Origin: a virus
Strand: one strand, 5' to 3'
DNA length: 64,000 nt
IMG/VR virus record: IMGVR_UViG_3300033141_004289
Coordinates: 1 to 64,000 of that record
Shown here: piece after piece, positions 42,944 through 53,136 of the stretch
Position numbering within the stretch: position 1 is the first letter of the stretch
Layout: each line of letters starts with the position of its first letter
Translations under genes and position numbers: made by a program
Notes under the pieces: generated by a model
Told to the model about the DNA's origin: nothing
Database searches by the model: none
What the model saw: the letters and a program-made list of their open reading frames with translations, nothing else

Positions 42944-44319
42944 TGAAACTTGAAAAAATTTCATGCGTAATTGACCCCGAAGTTAAATTTTCTCTAGTTG
43001 AGGAATCTAATGAAGTTGATGGGGAACATATTTTAGCAAAGATCAAAGGTCAGTTCTTTGTTCCTAACGGTAAATCCAGAAATGGTAGATTTTATCCTTC
43101 TGCTTTATGGGAAAGAGTAATTAATGACCCAACAGTTAAGAATAGATTAAATAAAAGAGTAATGTTTGGTACAGTGGGTCATGACGCCGAATTAAATGAT
43201 AAAGCTGTTCGAGAAGGTCTAATTTCCCATTTTATGACAAATATTGGAATTGATGATAATGGTAGAGGTATGGGTGAAGCCTTAATTTTAAATACTCCGA
43301 CTGGGCGTATTTTAAATACAGTTCTAAGAGCTGGTTCCCAATTATTTGTTTCCTCAAGGGCCAATGGCACCTTTAAAGGAAAGCATGACGGTTTGCCAGT
43401 TGTAGATGAGGACACTTATGATATTGATGGTTGGGATTTTGTAATTGACCCCGGTTTTTTAGAGGCCAACCCATCAGTTTCTGAAAGTCTAAAGAAAATA
43501 GGAGAAAAAAATATGAACATTAATAACAAGGAAGTCAGCATGAACGAAAAACTGATTGAGCACATTTCTAATGAGAACCATGAACTTAAAACTAAAGTTG
43601 GAAATCTAACTGATGAAATTAAAGCATTAGAAGAAGATACAACTACTATTAAAGAAGAGAACACACATCTTAAATCTGAAATGGATAAGTGGGAAGCTGA
43701 TAAAAAGGTTATCGAATCTTATACAAATATCGGTACAGTTGAAGAACTTACTGAAAAACTTGCTAAAGCAGATGAAGATGGAAAGGTTCTAACGGCCTAC
43801 AATGAGCTTTCTGATTCCCCAGAAATTGCTAAAGAAACTCTTGAAAGTGCTAGAGACTTTATCAAAACTGTAACAGAAGAGTTTGGAACAATTGCTCAAA
43901 TTAAAAAGGCCCTTGAATCAGCTATTTCTTTTAGAGAGTCTATTGAAGAAATGGGAACAACTGATCAAATTAAAGAAGCCCTTACTGCTTATTTAACAAT
44001 TCTTGAAGCCGAAGAAGCTAAAAAAGAAGATATTAAAGTTAAAGCTCTTGCAGAAGAACTTGGAATTGAAGAAGGAAAAATGAAAGACCTTCTACTTAAA
44101 TATTCTGAAGAAGATATTAAGGCCCTTCTTGGAAATAAGAAAGAAGAGAAGCCAGTTGAAGAAAACAAAGAAGATACTACTACTGATGAAGATGCTTATA
44201 AAAAGAAGAACTTCACAGAAGAAAAAAAGGAAGAAGATACGAATACTGACGTTTCTGAAAGTAATATTTTAGGAAAATCAAGAGCTGATCGTATCGCTGA
44301 AAGATATAACAGAGTTTAA
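42943..44319 (+). CDS. Prohead protease (gp21-like) fused to scaffold
   Basis: SRNGRFY, GH, SH, TPTG, VSSRA.G, DFV.DPGF..A.P then a long acidic coiled coil. Confidence 0.9.
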   Translation: MKLEKISCVIDPEVKFSLVEESNEVDGEHILAKIKGQFFVPNGKSRNGRFYPSALWERVINDPTVKNRLNKRVMFGTVGHDAELNDKAVREGLISHFMTNIGIDDNGRGMGEALILNTPTGRILNTVLRAGSQLFVSSRANGTFKGKHDGLPVVDEDTYDIDGWDFVIDPGFLEANPSVSESLKKIGEKNMNINNKEVSMNEKLIEHISNENHELKTKVGNLTDEIKALEEDTTTIKEENTHLKSEMDKWEADKKVIESYTNIGTVEELTEKLAKADEDGKVLTAYNELSDSPEIAKETLESARDFIKTVTEEFGTIAQIKKALESAISFRESIEEMGTTDQIKEALTAYLTILEAEEAKKEDIKVKALAEELGIEEGKMKDLLLKYSEEDIKALLGNKKEEKPVEENKEDTTTDEDAYKKKNFTEEKKEEDTNTDVSESNILGKSRADRIAERYNRV

Positions 44320-44398
44320 TTTCTCTCCTATTGAACTGCACTTCAGTCGATAGAAGGATTTAAGTCAATATTATTAACTTATTTGATAGGAGAGTATC

Positions 44399-45814
44399 AT
44401 GGATACTAACAAAATCGAAGAAAAGGCCGTTGAAAGAATGGCTGAGGGATACTTCGCTAAATACAAATCCCAAATGCAAACACTCGAAAAATCTCTAGTT
44501 TCTAAAGCTATGGATTTGACTGAGCATCACCTAGTTCAACTTGGAAAGCAACTTGACCAATGGGAAGTTTATCGTTCCATGTGTGAAGCTAATGGTTCTT
44601 TGAACACTCTTGGTGAGCTACCTAAAGTTGCTCTTGATGTTATTACAGCTACTATGAGTAATAGTATTCTTCCTGTAATTGCTTCTACGCAAACTATTGA
44701 GTCTCAAAAATCAATTATCTGGTTCAAGAATGTAAAAGCTCTTGATTCTAAAGGTAATATTACTGCTGGTGATAAATTGATTGACCCACGAGTTGGAAGT
44801 AAGACACCTTCTGGATATGCTTCTTCTGAAGTTATCGGTGAAGAAGCTGTTAACCCAACTATTGCAACTCAGGTTGCTTACGCTTTTAGTGTAAATGGTA
44901 GTGAGTCAATTCGCAGTCAATTTATTAAAGTTTATCTAGAGTCTGATCCTTCCATCTATGCGAAAGATTTTGAAGGAAAAGGTATTCTTCTTGGTAACGG
45001 AATGAGTGGTACAGTTAATTATACAACTGGTGCTATCACTATTGATCTTGCAGCTGATCCAGGAGGAGCTGATAAGATTCTTGTTGATTATCAACAAAAC
45101 CTTGAAGAGATGAGCGATGTTCGAAGAATTAGCTCTGAACTTGAATCAACTGACATCGAAGCAAAACCATATGCACTTAAAGGTGTTATGGGAATGTTCC
45201 AGATGTTCGCTCTTAAAAAAGCATTTGGTGATTCTGCTCTTGATGACCTAACTATGGACCTTACTCGTGAAATCAATGCTGAAATCGGTGGCGATTTTAT
45301 TCGTAAGTATTCTAGTGAAGCCGTTGGTACAACTAGTTTTACTGATTATAACCCTCTTGTTCAAACTGGTTATTCTGAGAAGCAATACAGAGAGTCTTAT
45401 GCTTTCCGTATGGCAGATGCAGAAACAGTTATGATGGGTAATGTTGGTCGTGGTGCTATTAAAGTTATGATCGTTGGTCGTGAGCATGCTGCCCTCGTAA
45501 GAGGACTTGATGGATTCAACCTTCTTTCTGATGGTGGAAGTCTTGGTGCACACGTTTTTGGAACTTATAAGGGTATTACTTATATTCGTGTTCCAGAAGA
45601 AGCACTTCTTAGTGCTAAATTAGGTATTGGACTTTACACTGGTGCTTCTCCACTTGAGAGTGCTGGGGTTTATGCTCCTTTTATGCCTCTAACTGTTCAA
45701 GCTGCACCTTTAGGGCCTAACCCACTAACTGACCAAAAAGTTGCTGCCACTATGGCTGGAACTAAGGTTGTTGTTCCCGGTTATGCTACTAAATTTAATG
45801 TAGTTGCTCCTTAA
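44399..45814 (+). CDS. Major capsid protein (gp23-like)
   Basis: Follows protease/scaffold; EINAEI, YAPFMPL motif; strongly biased codons; terminator after. Confidence 0.9.
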   Translation: MDTNKIEEKAVERMAEGYFAKYKSQMQTLEKSLVSKAMDLTEHHLVQLGKQLDQWEVYRSMCEANGSLNTLGELPKVALDVITATMSNSILPVIASTQTIESQKSIIWFKNVKALDSKGNITAGDKLIDPRVGSKTPSGYASSEVIGEEAVNPTIATQVAYAFSVNGSESIRSQFIKVYLESDPSIYAKDFEGKGILLGNGMSGTVNYTTGAITIDLAADPGGADKILVDYQQNLEEMSDVRRISSELESTDIEAKPYALKGVMGMFQMFALKKAFGDSALDDLTMDLTREINAEIGGDFIRKYSSEAVGTTSFTDYNPLVQTGYSEKQYRESYAFRMADAETVMMGNVGRGAIKVMIVGREHAALVRGLDGFNLLSDGGSLGAHVFGTYKGITYIRVPEEALLSAKLGIGLYTGASPLESAGVYAPFMPLTVQAAPLGPNPLTDQKVAATMAGTKVVVPGYATKFNVVAP

Positions 45815-45844
45815 TCTTCGGATTAAAGAACTAAAAGAAAATTT

Positions 45845-45882
45845 AGGGGAGGGGATGAGAAATCACTCCCTCCCTTTTTTTT
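45845..45882 (+). terminator. Rho-independent terminator after capsid gene
   Basis: GGGAGGG..GA..TC..CCCTCCC plus T8. Confidence 0.85.
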
Positions 45883-46232
45883 AAATAAGGAAAGAAAAAA
45901 ATGAAAGTCAAAGTAACAAATTTACTAAAGAGCGTTCTGGTTATTGCATCAACTCAAGGAAAGCAATTAGCACTTGGAAGTGAAAGAGGCCATATTTTTG
46001 AGAAACACGAGTATGCTTTTTTCAGTAAGTCCTGTGAAAATTTTAAAAAGACAGGTTGGTTAAAAATTGAACAGGTTAGTGAAGAAGCTGTTGTAGGAAA
46101 AGCAAATGCAGAGCCAGTTGATAAAGCAATTGAAATTGCAGGCAAAGAAAAGCCAGTTGTGAAAAAGAAAAGAGGCAGAAAACCTAAAAAGAAGACTGCT
46201 TAGTAAATTAATTTATAAACTAGGGGATTGTT

Positions 46233-46904
46233 TTGAGAATCGAGGACATTTTTGATCGTATCCTCTTACGGTCCGGTCAATTTATTTTAAGAAAAAGCCG
46301 TATCGATATAGATATTGATAGTTTCAGAATATTAGTAGAGGATGCTCTATCTGAATATTCTGGTTTTGTTCCATATGAAAAACCATATACAATGGATTTT
46401 AATAGTCAGAGAAATTTTACATTTCCTGATGGTTGGGATACTGATTTAAATAGATCACCTGATTGGATTGCAGAGGCCACTCCTATTAATTCCTTTGGTT
46501 CAATAAATACTATTTTAAATTATTCTGGTAGCCCACAAAATGCTTTGATTGACCCTATTCAAGCACCTTGGGATTACAATAAAGTTAATAAAACATTAAC
46601 TGTTCCATATAGTGCTTTTTATAAAGTAGTTGCTTGTTATGAGCATGAAATAGTTAGTGAAGTAATTGATGGTGTAACAGTTTATTCTGTTCCAACAATA
46701 GATAGAAAAGACCAACCATTCTTCGACTTATTGAAAGGAATGTTTTTACAGGGTATTGGTAGAAGCCGTAGGGCCTTTACATTAAATGATTTACCTATAT
46801 TAATGGATGCAGAAACACTAGCATCTGAGGGTGATGAGATAATGGAAAGAGCTCTTGAAGGACTACAAGCAGATCAAAAATTTTACTTAGCATTTGGGGG
46901 ATAA
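46233..46904 (+). CDS. Putative neck protein (gp13-like)
   Basis: Position after capsid; C-terminal L.SEG.E..E pattern. Confidence 0.5.
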   Translation: MRIEDIFDRILLRSGQFILRKSRIDIDIDSFRILVEDALSEYSGFVPYEKPYTMDFNSQRNFTFPDGWDTDLNRSPDWIAEATPINSFGSINTILNYSGSPQNALIDPIQAPWDYNKVNKTLTVPYSAFYKVVACYEHEIVSEVIDGVTVYSVPTIDRKDQPFFDLLKGMFLQGIGRSRRAFTLNDLPILMDAETLASEGDEIMERALEGLQADQKFYLAFGG

Positions 46905-47175
46905 TATGAGTATAGCAAAAAAGATTTTAGATAAGTTACCTAAGAAAGAAGAGACGAAAGTGGATGAAAAAGTTGCTCCTTCTTTTTTTGATGCCGCAAA
47001 TGCTTTGGCTTCTTTAATTAAAAGATGGAAAAGCGGTGATAAGAATTTCGCTGGTGTTCAAAAACTATTTGTAGAAATTCTTGATAGTTTAGACGAAGTT
47101 GATGAACAACAAGCATTAGCTAAAATGGATGCATTAGCTAAATTTATTAGAAGCAAGGATATTGAAGGATAAATA

Positions 47176-47751
47176 ATGCCTGTCTTTTTAAAAGATATTA
47201 AAAGGGAATTAGAATCCGATATTGGAAAGGTAGGACAAGCTGCTGATGGTAGCTATAAGTTTGAACCACCCAATATTGTAGGTAGGAAAATATCAAAATA
47301 TACTAAATTAAAAGTTACTAAGGTATCTTCTACACCAACTTTCGGTACAAATTCTATATCATATAATGGATTAGCTGCTTCTGAATCAGATAAGGGTATT
47401 AAATATAAAGTAACTATTAGATTTCACGATATGCAGTTTAAGGATATTGCTTCTAAACAATTCTCTACAGAAGCAAAAATGGGTAAAGTTACTAAGTATC
47501 ACAGGATACCTACAGTTCAAAGAAATCCAGTAATGCTAAAATGTAGCTGTCAGGATTTTAGGCATAGATTTGAAACTCAATTATCAAATGCTAGTGGATT
47601 AGTTGGTGGTCCTAGAAAATATACTAGAAAAACCCCCCCATGGCCTATTGGTTATCCATTTGCCAACTCAACAAATAAGTTAGGTATTTGTAAGCATGTA
47701 AACTCTCTATTATTTATTTTAAAAGATAAGGGTTTAATTAAGGAGCGATAA
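47176..47751 (+). CDS. SWIM-like zinc-finger protein
   Basis: CSCQDF...GICKH. Confidence 0.6.
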   Translation: MPVFLKDIKRELESDIGKVGQAADGSYKFEPPNIVGRKISKYTKLKVTKVSSTPTFGTNSISYNGLAASESDKGIKYKVTIRFHDMQFKDIASKQFSTEAKMGKVTKYHRIPTVQRNPVMLKCSCQDFRHRFETQLSNASGLVGGPRKYTRKTPPWPIGYPFANSTNKLGICKHVNSLLFILKDKGLIKER

Positions 47752-48035
47752 TGAAATTAGCAGAAAAGGTATTACTATTTAGTGAGGCTTTCGATACTGA
47801 GCAAGCAATGAAGAACGTACCGATTCAGACAGGCAAGGTTAGATTCTTTAATGCCAGTGATTTAAAAGGTTCGATAACAGGTGATGATGGCGGTTCTTAT
47901 GACATCTTCCTTAATCAACATAATAAAAAAGACGTTAAAACGGCCAAGAAAATAAAAGATGGTATGAAAATTAAGTTTAAAGACCTCGATGTAGAACCAC
48001 CAATGGCCTATATTGGTGATTTTAGTTTTAAGTAA
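47751..48035 (+). CDS. MKLAEK-leader protein with cold-shock-like OB fold
   Basis: Leader MKLAEKVLLFSE; TGKVRFFNASDLKGSITGDDG..DIF resembles CspA. Confidence 0.6.
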   Translation: MKLAEKVLLFSEAFDTEQAMKNVPIQTGKVRFFNASDLKGSITGDDGGSYDIFLNQHNKKDVKTAKKIKDGMKIKFKDLDVEPPMAYIGDFSFK

Positions 48036-48046
48036 TAGGAGACTAA

Positions 48047-48451
48047 ATGTCATTTTATAGTGAAATGGAAAAAATCATTGATAAGCATGGAGAGGATGGT
48101 TTAATTCATTTAGAGCATTATTATGGCATTGATTTAGAACTTTACAGACAGGTTAAAAACAGTGCCTATAGTACGGTTCATGGTAGAGATGCAGGACAAC
48201 CAGCAAGTCATTTAAAAAACTTTATTGGTATATTACAGAGTGACGATTTCTTCCCAGCAAATAGTACCCAAGCACCGGCCTTTGAAGCTGGTTTTTTACA
48301 TACTAGAGAACTAGAAATACTAGTTGGTGATGTAATTAAGATAGTTTCAAACGATGATAGAAATAGAAGATATAGAATAATTGAGATTGATTCAATTGGT
48401 TTAACTCAACAAGTTTATAAACGATATAAATTAAGTGCATTAGGTGATTAA
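48047..48451 (+). CDS. Putative head-closure protein
   Basis: Position; VGDVI..RYRI beta-barrel pattern. Confidence 0.45.
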   Translation: MSFYSEMEKIIDKHGEDGLIHLEHYYGIDLELYRQVKNSAYSTVHGRDAGQPASHLKNFIGILQSDDFFPANSTQAPAFEAGFLHTRELEILVGDVIKIVSNDDRNRRYRIIEIDSIGLTQQVYKRYKLSALGD

Positions 48452-48452
48452 G

Positions 48453-48722
48453 ATGAATATTATTATAGAAATAAAAAAATTATTAGAAGATGCCCAAGAA
48501 GATTTTTTAAGTAAGCATAGTAAGACATATGATCTTGATAAATATGCTGAGTATATGGATACTAATTTTCTAAGCGGTAGGGACAATTCAAGAAGGCGAT
48601 ATGATAAGGCAATTGATTCATATATAAATGCTAATTTTGGAAATATAAAAGATAAGAAGGTATTAAAGGAAATCAAAGATAAGTTAGTTAATCAATATGA
48701 ATATGAAGATGGGGTTAATTAG
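48453..48722 (+). CDS. Leader-bearing protein
   Basis: Leader MNIIIEIKKLLE. Confidence 0.5.
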   Translation: MNIIIEIKKLLEDAQEDFLSKHSKTYDLDKYAEYMDTNFLSGRDNSRRRYDKAIDSYINANFGNIKDKKVLKEIKDKLVNQYEYEDGVN

Positions 48723-48903
48723 TAAAATATGAAACTACTTTACTTCATTCACGCTATTTTTTGGAGTATTTTTACAGGCATTTTTGCTATCTGTGAAACC
48801 ATTTATTATCATGCTGAGATAGCATCAGAGCAAAATTGCTTTATAGACGAAATTGAACCACTATATTTAGAGAAACTAATAAATGAAAAATTTGGAGAAT
48901 AAT

Positions 48904-49173
48904 ATGAAATTAGCTGAAAAATGTTTAGAACTAGGTAAAGAAGAAATCGTTGTAGAGGCCAAAAAAGTTAATGGAGAGAAGATGATTGCTGATATGGAAA
49001 AAGCAATTGAATCAAATGATGAGAAAAGTCTTTTAAAATTTATGGCAATGGATAAAAAGAACTTCTTTAGTAAGAATAATTTAGACATGCTTGCCGATGA
49101 AGGACAAATTACAAAGGAACAAGCAAGTCAGTTAGGTAAATTATCAATTCAAGTTGCTCAAGCATTGAGATAG
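48904..49173 (+). CDS. MKLAEK-leader protein
   Basis: SD GGAG then MKLAEKCLELGKEE. Confidence 0.6.
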   Translation: MKLAEKCLELGKEEIVVEAKKVNGEKMIADMEKAIESNDEKSLLKFMAMDKKNFFSKNNLDMLADEGQITKEQASQLGKLSIQVAQALR

Positions 49174-49180
49174 GTTAATA

Positions 49181-49867
49181 ATGGCAAGTAAATCTGAAAA
49201 TTTAGATAATAGTCAAAATGATGTTATTACAACAATGACGCATGTGCTTTATCGTTTTCAGGAAATGGTATCTAAAGAAATGCCATCTATTCCTGTTGTT
49301 TATACAGAAGATTTATCTTATGAAAGTGCTTTAAAACAGATAATTGCTAATGCTAGTTATGGCGGCCATGCTCAAGATAGTATTCCCTTTTTTGCTTATA
49401 ATAGAACAGTATTAAATGAGATTGAAGATAGGGCATTAAGTAGAAGGGCAAAAAACTGTATTGGTTGTCAAAAAGTAGGTGACCAACAAATTACTTATGG
49501 CTGTGCATATGGAGAGTTTGATATCCAATTTCTCTATGTATCTAATAATATTGAATTAACAGAAAAATTCGAAGTAGTTTATAACTCAGATGAAGGCATT
49601 AGTGGAACTAAAGAATTAATCGTTGATATGGAAGAATTAGGACAATTTAAATACTTCCTAGATTATCAGGATTTAGTAGAACAACAAATTAGTCATGAGG
49701 ATGTTTACTATAAGGGAATAATTGGTAGTATTAAAGTAAGAGGATTTTATTTTACCTTTAGAGGTGCTAGTGGATTAATTGAAGAAATTAATCAGCGCAT
49801 TATCACTTCAAGGGATATCCCAAATAGGGAAGAGAACGAAATTCTTAGTGATATACAAATCGTCTAA
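49181..49867 (+). CDS. Putative tail terminator/completion protein
   Basis: Size and position before the sheath gene. Confidence 0.4.
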   Translation: MASKSENLDNSQNDVITTMTHVLYRFQEMVSKEMPSIPVVYTEDLSYESALKQIIANASYGGHAQDSIPFFAYNRTVLNEIEDRALSRRAKNCIGCQKVGDQQITYGCAYGEFDIQFLYVSNNIELTEKFEVVYNSDEGISGTKELIVDMEELGQFKYFLDYQDLVEQQISHEDVYYKGIIGSIKVRGFYFTFRGASGLIEEINQRIITSRDIPNREENEILSDIQIV

Positions 49868-50227
49868 GGAGTTAAAGGATGGTCAAGCAAAAAAATGACA
49901 TTGATGTTAAGCTAATTCAGGGTAACTTAATTAGCAATCCTACCAAACCTGATGTAGAATTATATAAAGAATTGGTAGAGAAGGGTAAAATAGTTGAAGA
50001 AGTTGTTCACCCCGCTTTAGTAATTTCTAGATTAGATTACCCAGTTGTTTTGAATTATGGGGAATCTAAGATAAGATTGTCACCAAGAAGTATTTTAAAA
50101 GTTGGTGATGTTGATAAACTTGGTGAGCTTGAAAAGGGTGTGTTCCTAAAGAAGATTACCTCCGTTAAAGTAAAGTAAAGTCATTATAAAATTAATTATG
50201 TAATAAACTTAGATATGGAGGTTTAAA

Positions 50228-51817
50228 ATGGGTGGAGCTGCTTCTGTAAGAATTAAGGAAGTTGACCTATCGACAAGAGTTGCCTCGTTTGAGGGTGTTT
50301 ACGGTGCAATCGTAATTCCCGCAACCAAAGGACAATCCGATAGGCCCTTTTTTGTTTCAAGCGATACACAGTTATTGAATACTGCAACCCCAGATGGAAC
50401 AGTGGCCGTTGGTTATGATCTATCTTATTTTTCTGCTCTGGCATACTTAGAGCGAGCTAATAAATTGTGGGTTCAGAGAGTTATTAACGGGGCATTTTAT
50501 GCCGGTCTACTGGTTAAGGAAACTGCTAGTCTTGATCCAAATATTGGAATCACTGCTGGTTCTGATGTTTCTGACCCTACCGCATTTGTACTTGGTGCAG
50601 AAGATGCGCTTTTCATTTATTCTGCAAATGAAGGGACATGGGGAAATGATATTGGAATTAAGATTACAACAATTGATGATGATGAGGACTTAATTGAGCC
50701 AAATTCATTTTTAATTGAAGTTTTTAAATTTGCTAATCAAGTAACTCCTGTTGAATCCTTTTTAGTTTCACGAGTTCTTGGTCAAAAAGATGGCCGTGGT
50801 CTTAACATGTATGTCGAAGATGTTTTAGAAGGTTCTGAATATATCAGAGCTATTTCTAATCCAACTATTGCTGAAACTGTTTTACCAAAAACTCAAGCTG
50901 CTTATTTAGCAATGACAGATGGTGATGATGGTCTAGCAATAACTGATACAAACATGATTGCAGCTGCAAATAATTTTGCTAATAAAGCAGAAGTTTCAGT
51001 TACTATCTTAATGGACGGTGGTTATGCTGTTCCAGCATATCAGATTGCACTTGATACAATTGCTCAGAGTCGTCAAGATTGTGTTGCCATTCTTTCAGTT
51101 CCTTATGCTGATGAAGCTGGCTCAACATACATGGTCGACATTGTAGATTATAGAAAAACAGATTTGAATTTAAATAGTTCATACTCTGCTCTTTATACTC
51201 CTCACCTTCAAATCCAAGATCGTTTTAATGATAGATCAATTTGGATTGCACCAGATGGCCATGTAGCTGGAAGTATTTCATTTGCTTCTAATACATTTGA
51301 AATTTGGTTTCCAGCTGCTGGATTTAAGCGTGGTGTGTTAAATGTTCTTGATACAAAAAGAAGATTCTCAGATGGTGAGTTGGATGAACTTTATAATAAA
51401 GGGATAAACCCAATTCGATTCATTCCCGGAAAAGGGATTGTAGTTTGGGGCCAAAAAACATTATTGGCCAGAGCATCTGCTCTTGACCGATTAAATGTTA
51501 GACTTCTTCTAATTGTTATTGAACCAGCAATTAAAGAGCTTCTTGAAAACTTCTTGTTTGACCTTAATGATGCAAGTGTTAGATCAATTATTGAAACAAA
51601 GATTGAATCTTACCTTCAAACCATTCAGGCCAGAAAAGGTATTCAAGATTTTGATGTAGTCGCTGATGATACCAATAACTCGGATGCAGATATTGATGCC
51701 AATCGACTAAACGTAGATATTTTTATTAAGCCAACCAGATCAATTGAAGAAATACCAGTTAGAGTTGTAATAACTCCTTCAAATATTTCTTTTAGTGATG
51801 CTGCAGGCGCTATTTAA
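50228..51817 (+). CDS. Tail sheath protein (gp18-like)
   Basis: I.EVDLS, WFPAAG..RG, LYNKGINPI, WGQKT, DRLNVR.L. Confidence 0.95.
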   Translation: MGGAASVRIKEVDLSTRVASFEGVYGAIVIPATKGQSDRPFFVSSDTQLLNTATPDGTVAVGYDLSYFSALAYLERANKLWVQRVINGAFYAGLLVKETASLDPNIGITAGSDVSDPTAFVLGAEDALFIYSANEGTWGNDIGIKITTIDDDEDLIEPNSFLIEVFKFANQVTPVESFLVSRVLGQKDGRGLNMYVEDVLEGSEYIRAISNPTIAETVLPKTQAAYLAMTDGDDGLAITDTNMIAAANNFANKAEVSVTILMDGGYAVPAYQIALDTIAQSRQDCVAILSVPYADEAGSTYMVDIVDYRKTDLNLNSSYSALYTPHLQIQDRFNDRSIWIAPDGHVAGSISFASNTFEIWFPAAGFKRGVLNVLDTKRRFSDGELDELYNKGINPIRFIPGKGIVVWGQKTLLARASALDRLNVRLLLIVIEPAIKELLENFLFDLNDASVRSIIETKIESYLQTIQARKGIQDFDVVADDTNNSDADIDANRLNVDIFIKPTRSIEEIPVRVVITPSNISFSDAAGAI

Positions 51818-51831
51818 GGAGGGAGTGAGTC

Positions 51832-52365
51832 ATGGCAAATTTCTCGATTGACCAATTAAGAGCTTTACCCGACTACGCACAGGTTACAAAATGGGATGTC
51901 ACCTTTGTAACTCTCCCTGCTGTCGGTGCATTGGGTTTTCCAGTAGCAGAAGATATTAATCTTCGTTGTGAATCCGTTGAACTTCCTAAAGGTGCAAACC
52001 AGAAATATGAAGTAATGACTAGAGGTCATAAAACACTTCATAGTGGAATCATGGATTATGGAAACACTATTACATTAACTTTTACAGAAACAGTTGATAA
52101 TTTCTTGTTTAATTTTGTAAAAGCATGGAGAGAACTGGTTTGGAGTAGCCGTCAAGGACAGGCTTTTTCTAAAGCAGATATTGAGGCAACTCTATTGATT
52201 ACCTTGCTTGATAACCAAGATAATCCAAGGGCCAAATATACTGTTTATGGTTGTTTTTATGAAAGTGATGATTTTGGAACATTAGATGGTTCAACCTCTG
52301 ATGCTATGAAACCATCATTGACATTAAGTTTTGACCATTTTGTAGATGCACCTCTAAGCGTTTAA
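51832..52365 (+). CDS. Tail tube protein (gp19-like)
   Basis: Follows sheath; C.SVELP, ITLTF.ET, W...V, LSFD. Confidence 0.85.
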   Translation: MANFSIDQLRALPDYAQVTKWDVTFVTLPAVGALGFPVAEDINLRCESVELPKGANQKYEVMTRGHKTLHSGIMDYGNTITLTFTETVDNFLFNFVKAWRELVWSSRQGQAFSKADIEATLLITLLDNQDNPRAKYTVYGCFYESDDFGTLDGSTSDAMKPSLTLSFDHFVDAPLSV

Positions 52366-52375
52366 TTTGATTTAT

Positions 52376-52408
52376 AGGGGGTAATAACTATATGTTACTA
52401 CCCCTTTT
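52376..52408 (+). terminator. Rho-independent terminator after tube gene
   Basis: AGGGGGTAA..TTACTACCCCT plus TTT. Confidence 0.7.
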
Positions 52409-52452
52409 CATCTTCCAAATCAGTTCATATAATATTCCAGAGAGGTTTAACT

Positions 52453-53136
52453 ATGGCACTTGTTCCTAGTTTTATTCCGGGTGGCGATAAAATCAATAAT
52501 GCTGTAAATAGTTTTCTTGATGGTGGAGCTGTAGGAATAGAAACAATTCGTTCTATTAATTATGGAACAACTTATTTATGGACTGTCGATTTTATTGATA
52601 CTAATGGAATTAAACCACCAGCTCCATTTGATGCATTTTTTCCAGCATCCGAAGTTACCTTTAATTTGGGTATCATTAATTCACATACTGTAGAGATGGG
52701 GCAATCAAGCATTACATTTCCAAGAAATACTACTTTTAAGACAGTAGATGTAACCTTTTTTGATGACGAAAATAGAAGTTTACAAAGATGGATGAGTGAT
52801 TGGATGAATGTGGATTTACTAAATTATGGCGAATTTATGTCTGGGATAAATGATAGTCATCAAGTAGTTGCAGCCGATTCATTTGGAAATAGTAGTAGAA
52901 GTGTTCAACCAATGAGACATATTAGAATTGCACTATTAGATAAATATAAATCAGAAACTGTAGTATATAATTATAATGTTGTACCTGATGGTAATATTGA
53001 TTTTGGTGGGACTCAAGCAAGTGAAGCATCTCAGTTTAGTATGAAGTTTAATATCGTAGAGGAATTAGGAAGACCGAAAGCCGGTGATAGTAGTTCCTTT
53101 AATTTTGTAAGAAATATATTAGGTAGGTTTATATGA
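52453..53136 (+). CDS. Tube-fold baseplate/tube initiator (gp54-like)
   Basis: VTFFDDE...W..W tube-like pattern; position. Confidence 0.55.
   Translation: MALVPSFIPGGDKINNAVNSFLDGGAVGIETIRSINYGTTYLWTVDFIDTNGIKPPAPFDAFFPASEVTFNLGIINSHTVEMGQSSITFPRNTTFKTVDVTFFDDENRSLQRWMSDWMNVDLLNYGEFMSGINDSHQVVAADSFGNSSRSVQPMRHIRIALLDKYKSETVVYNYNVVPDGNIDFGGTQASEASQFSMKFNIVEELGRPKAGDSSSFNFVRNILGRFI

Noticed and set aside
50228-50245. Sheath N-terminal Gly (MGGAAS) as a QueC protein-deazaguanylation target
   Set aside because: QueC here looks canonical and TGT-fold enzymes already explain the pathway; no other support
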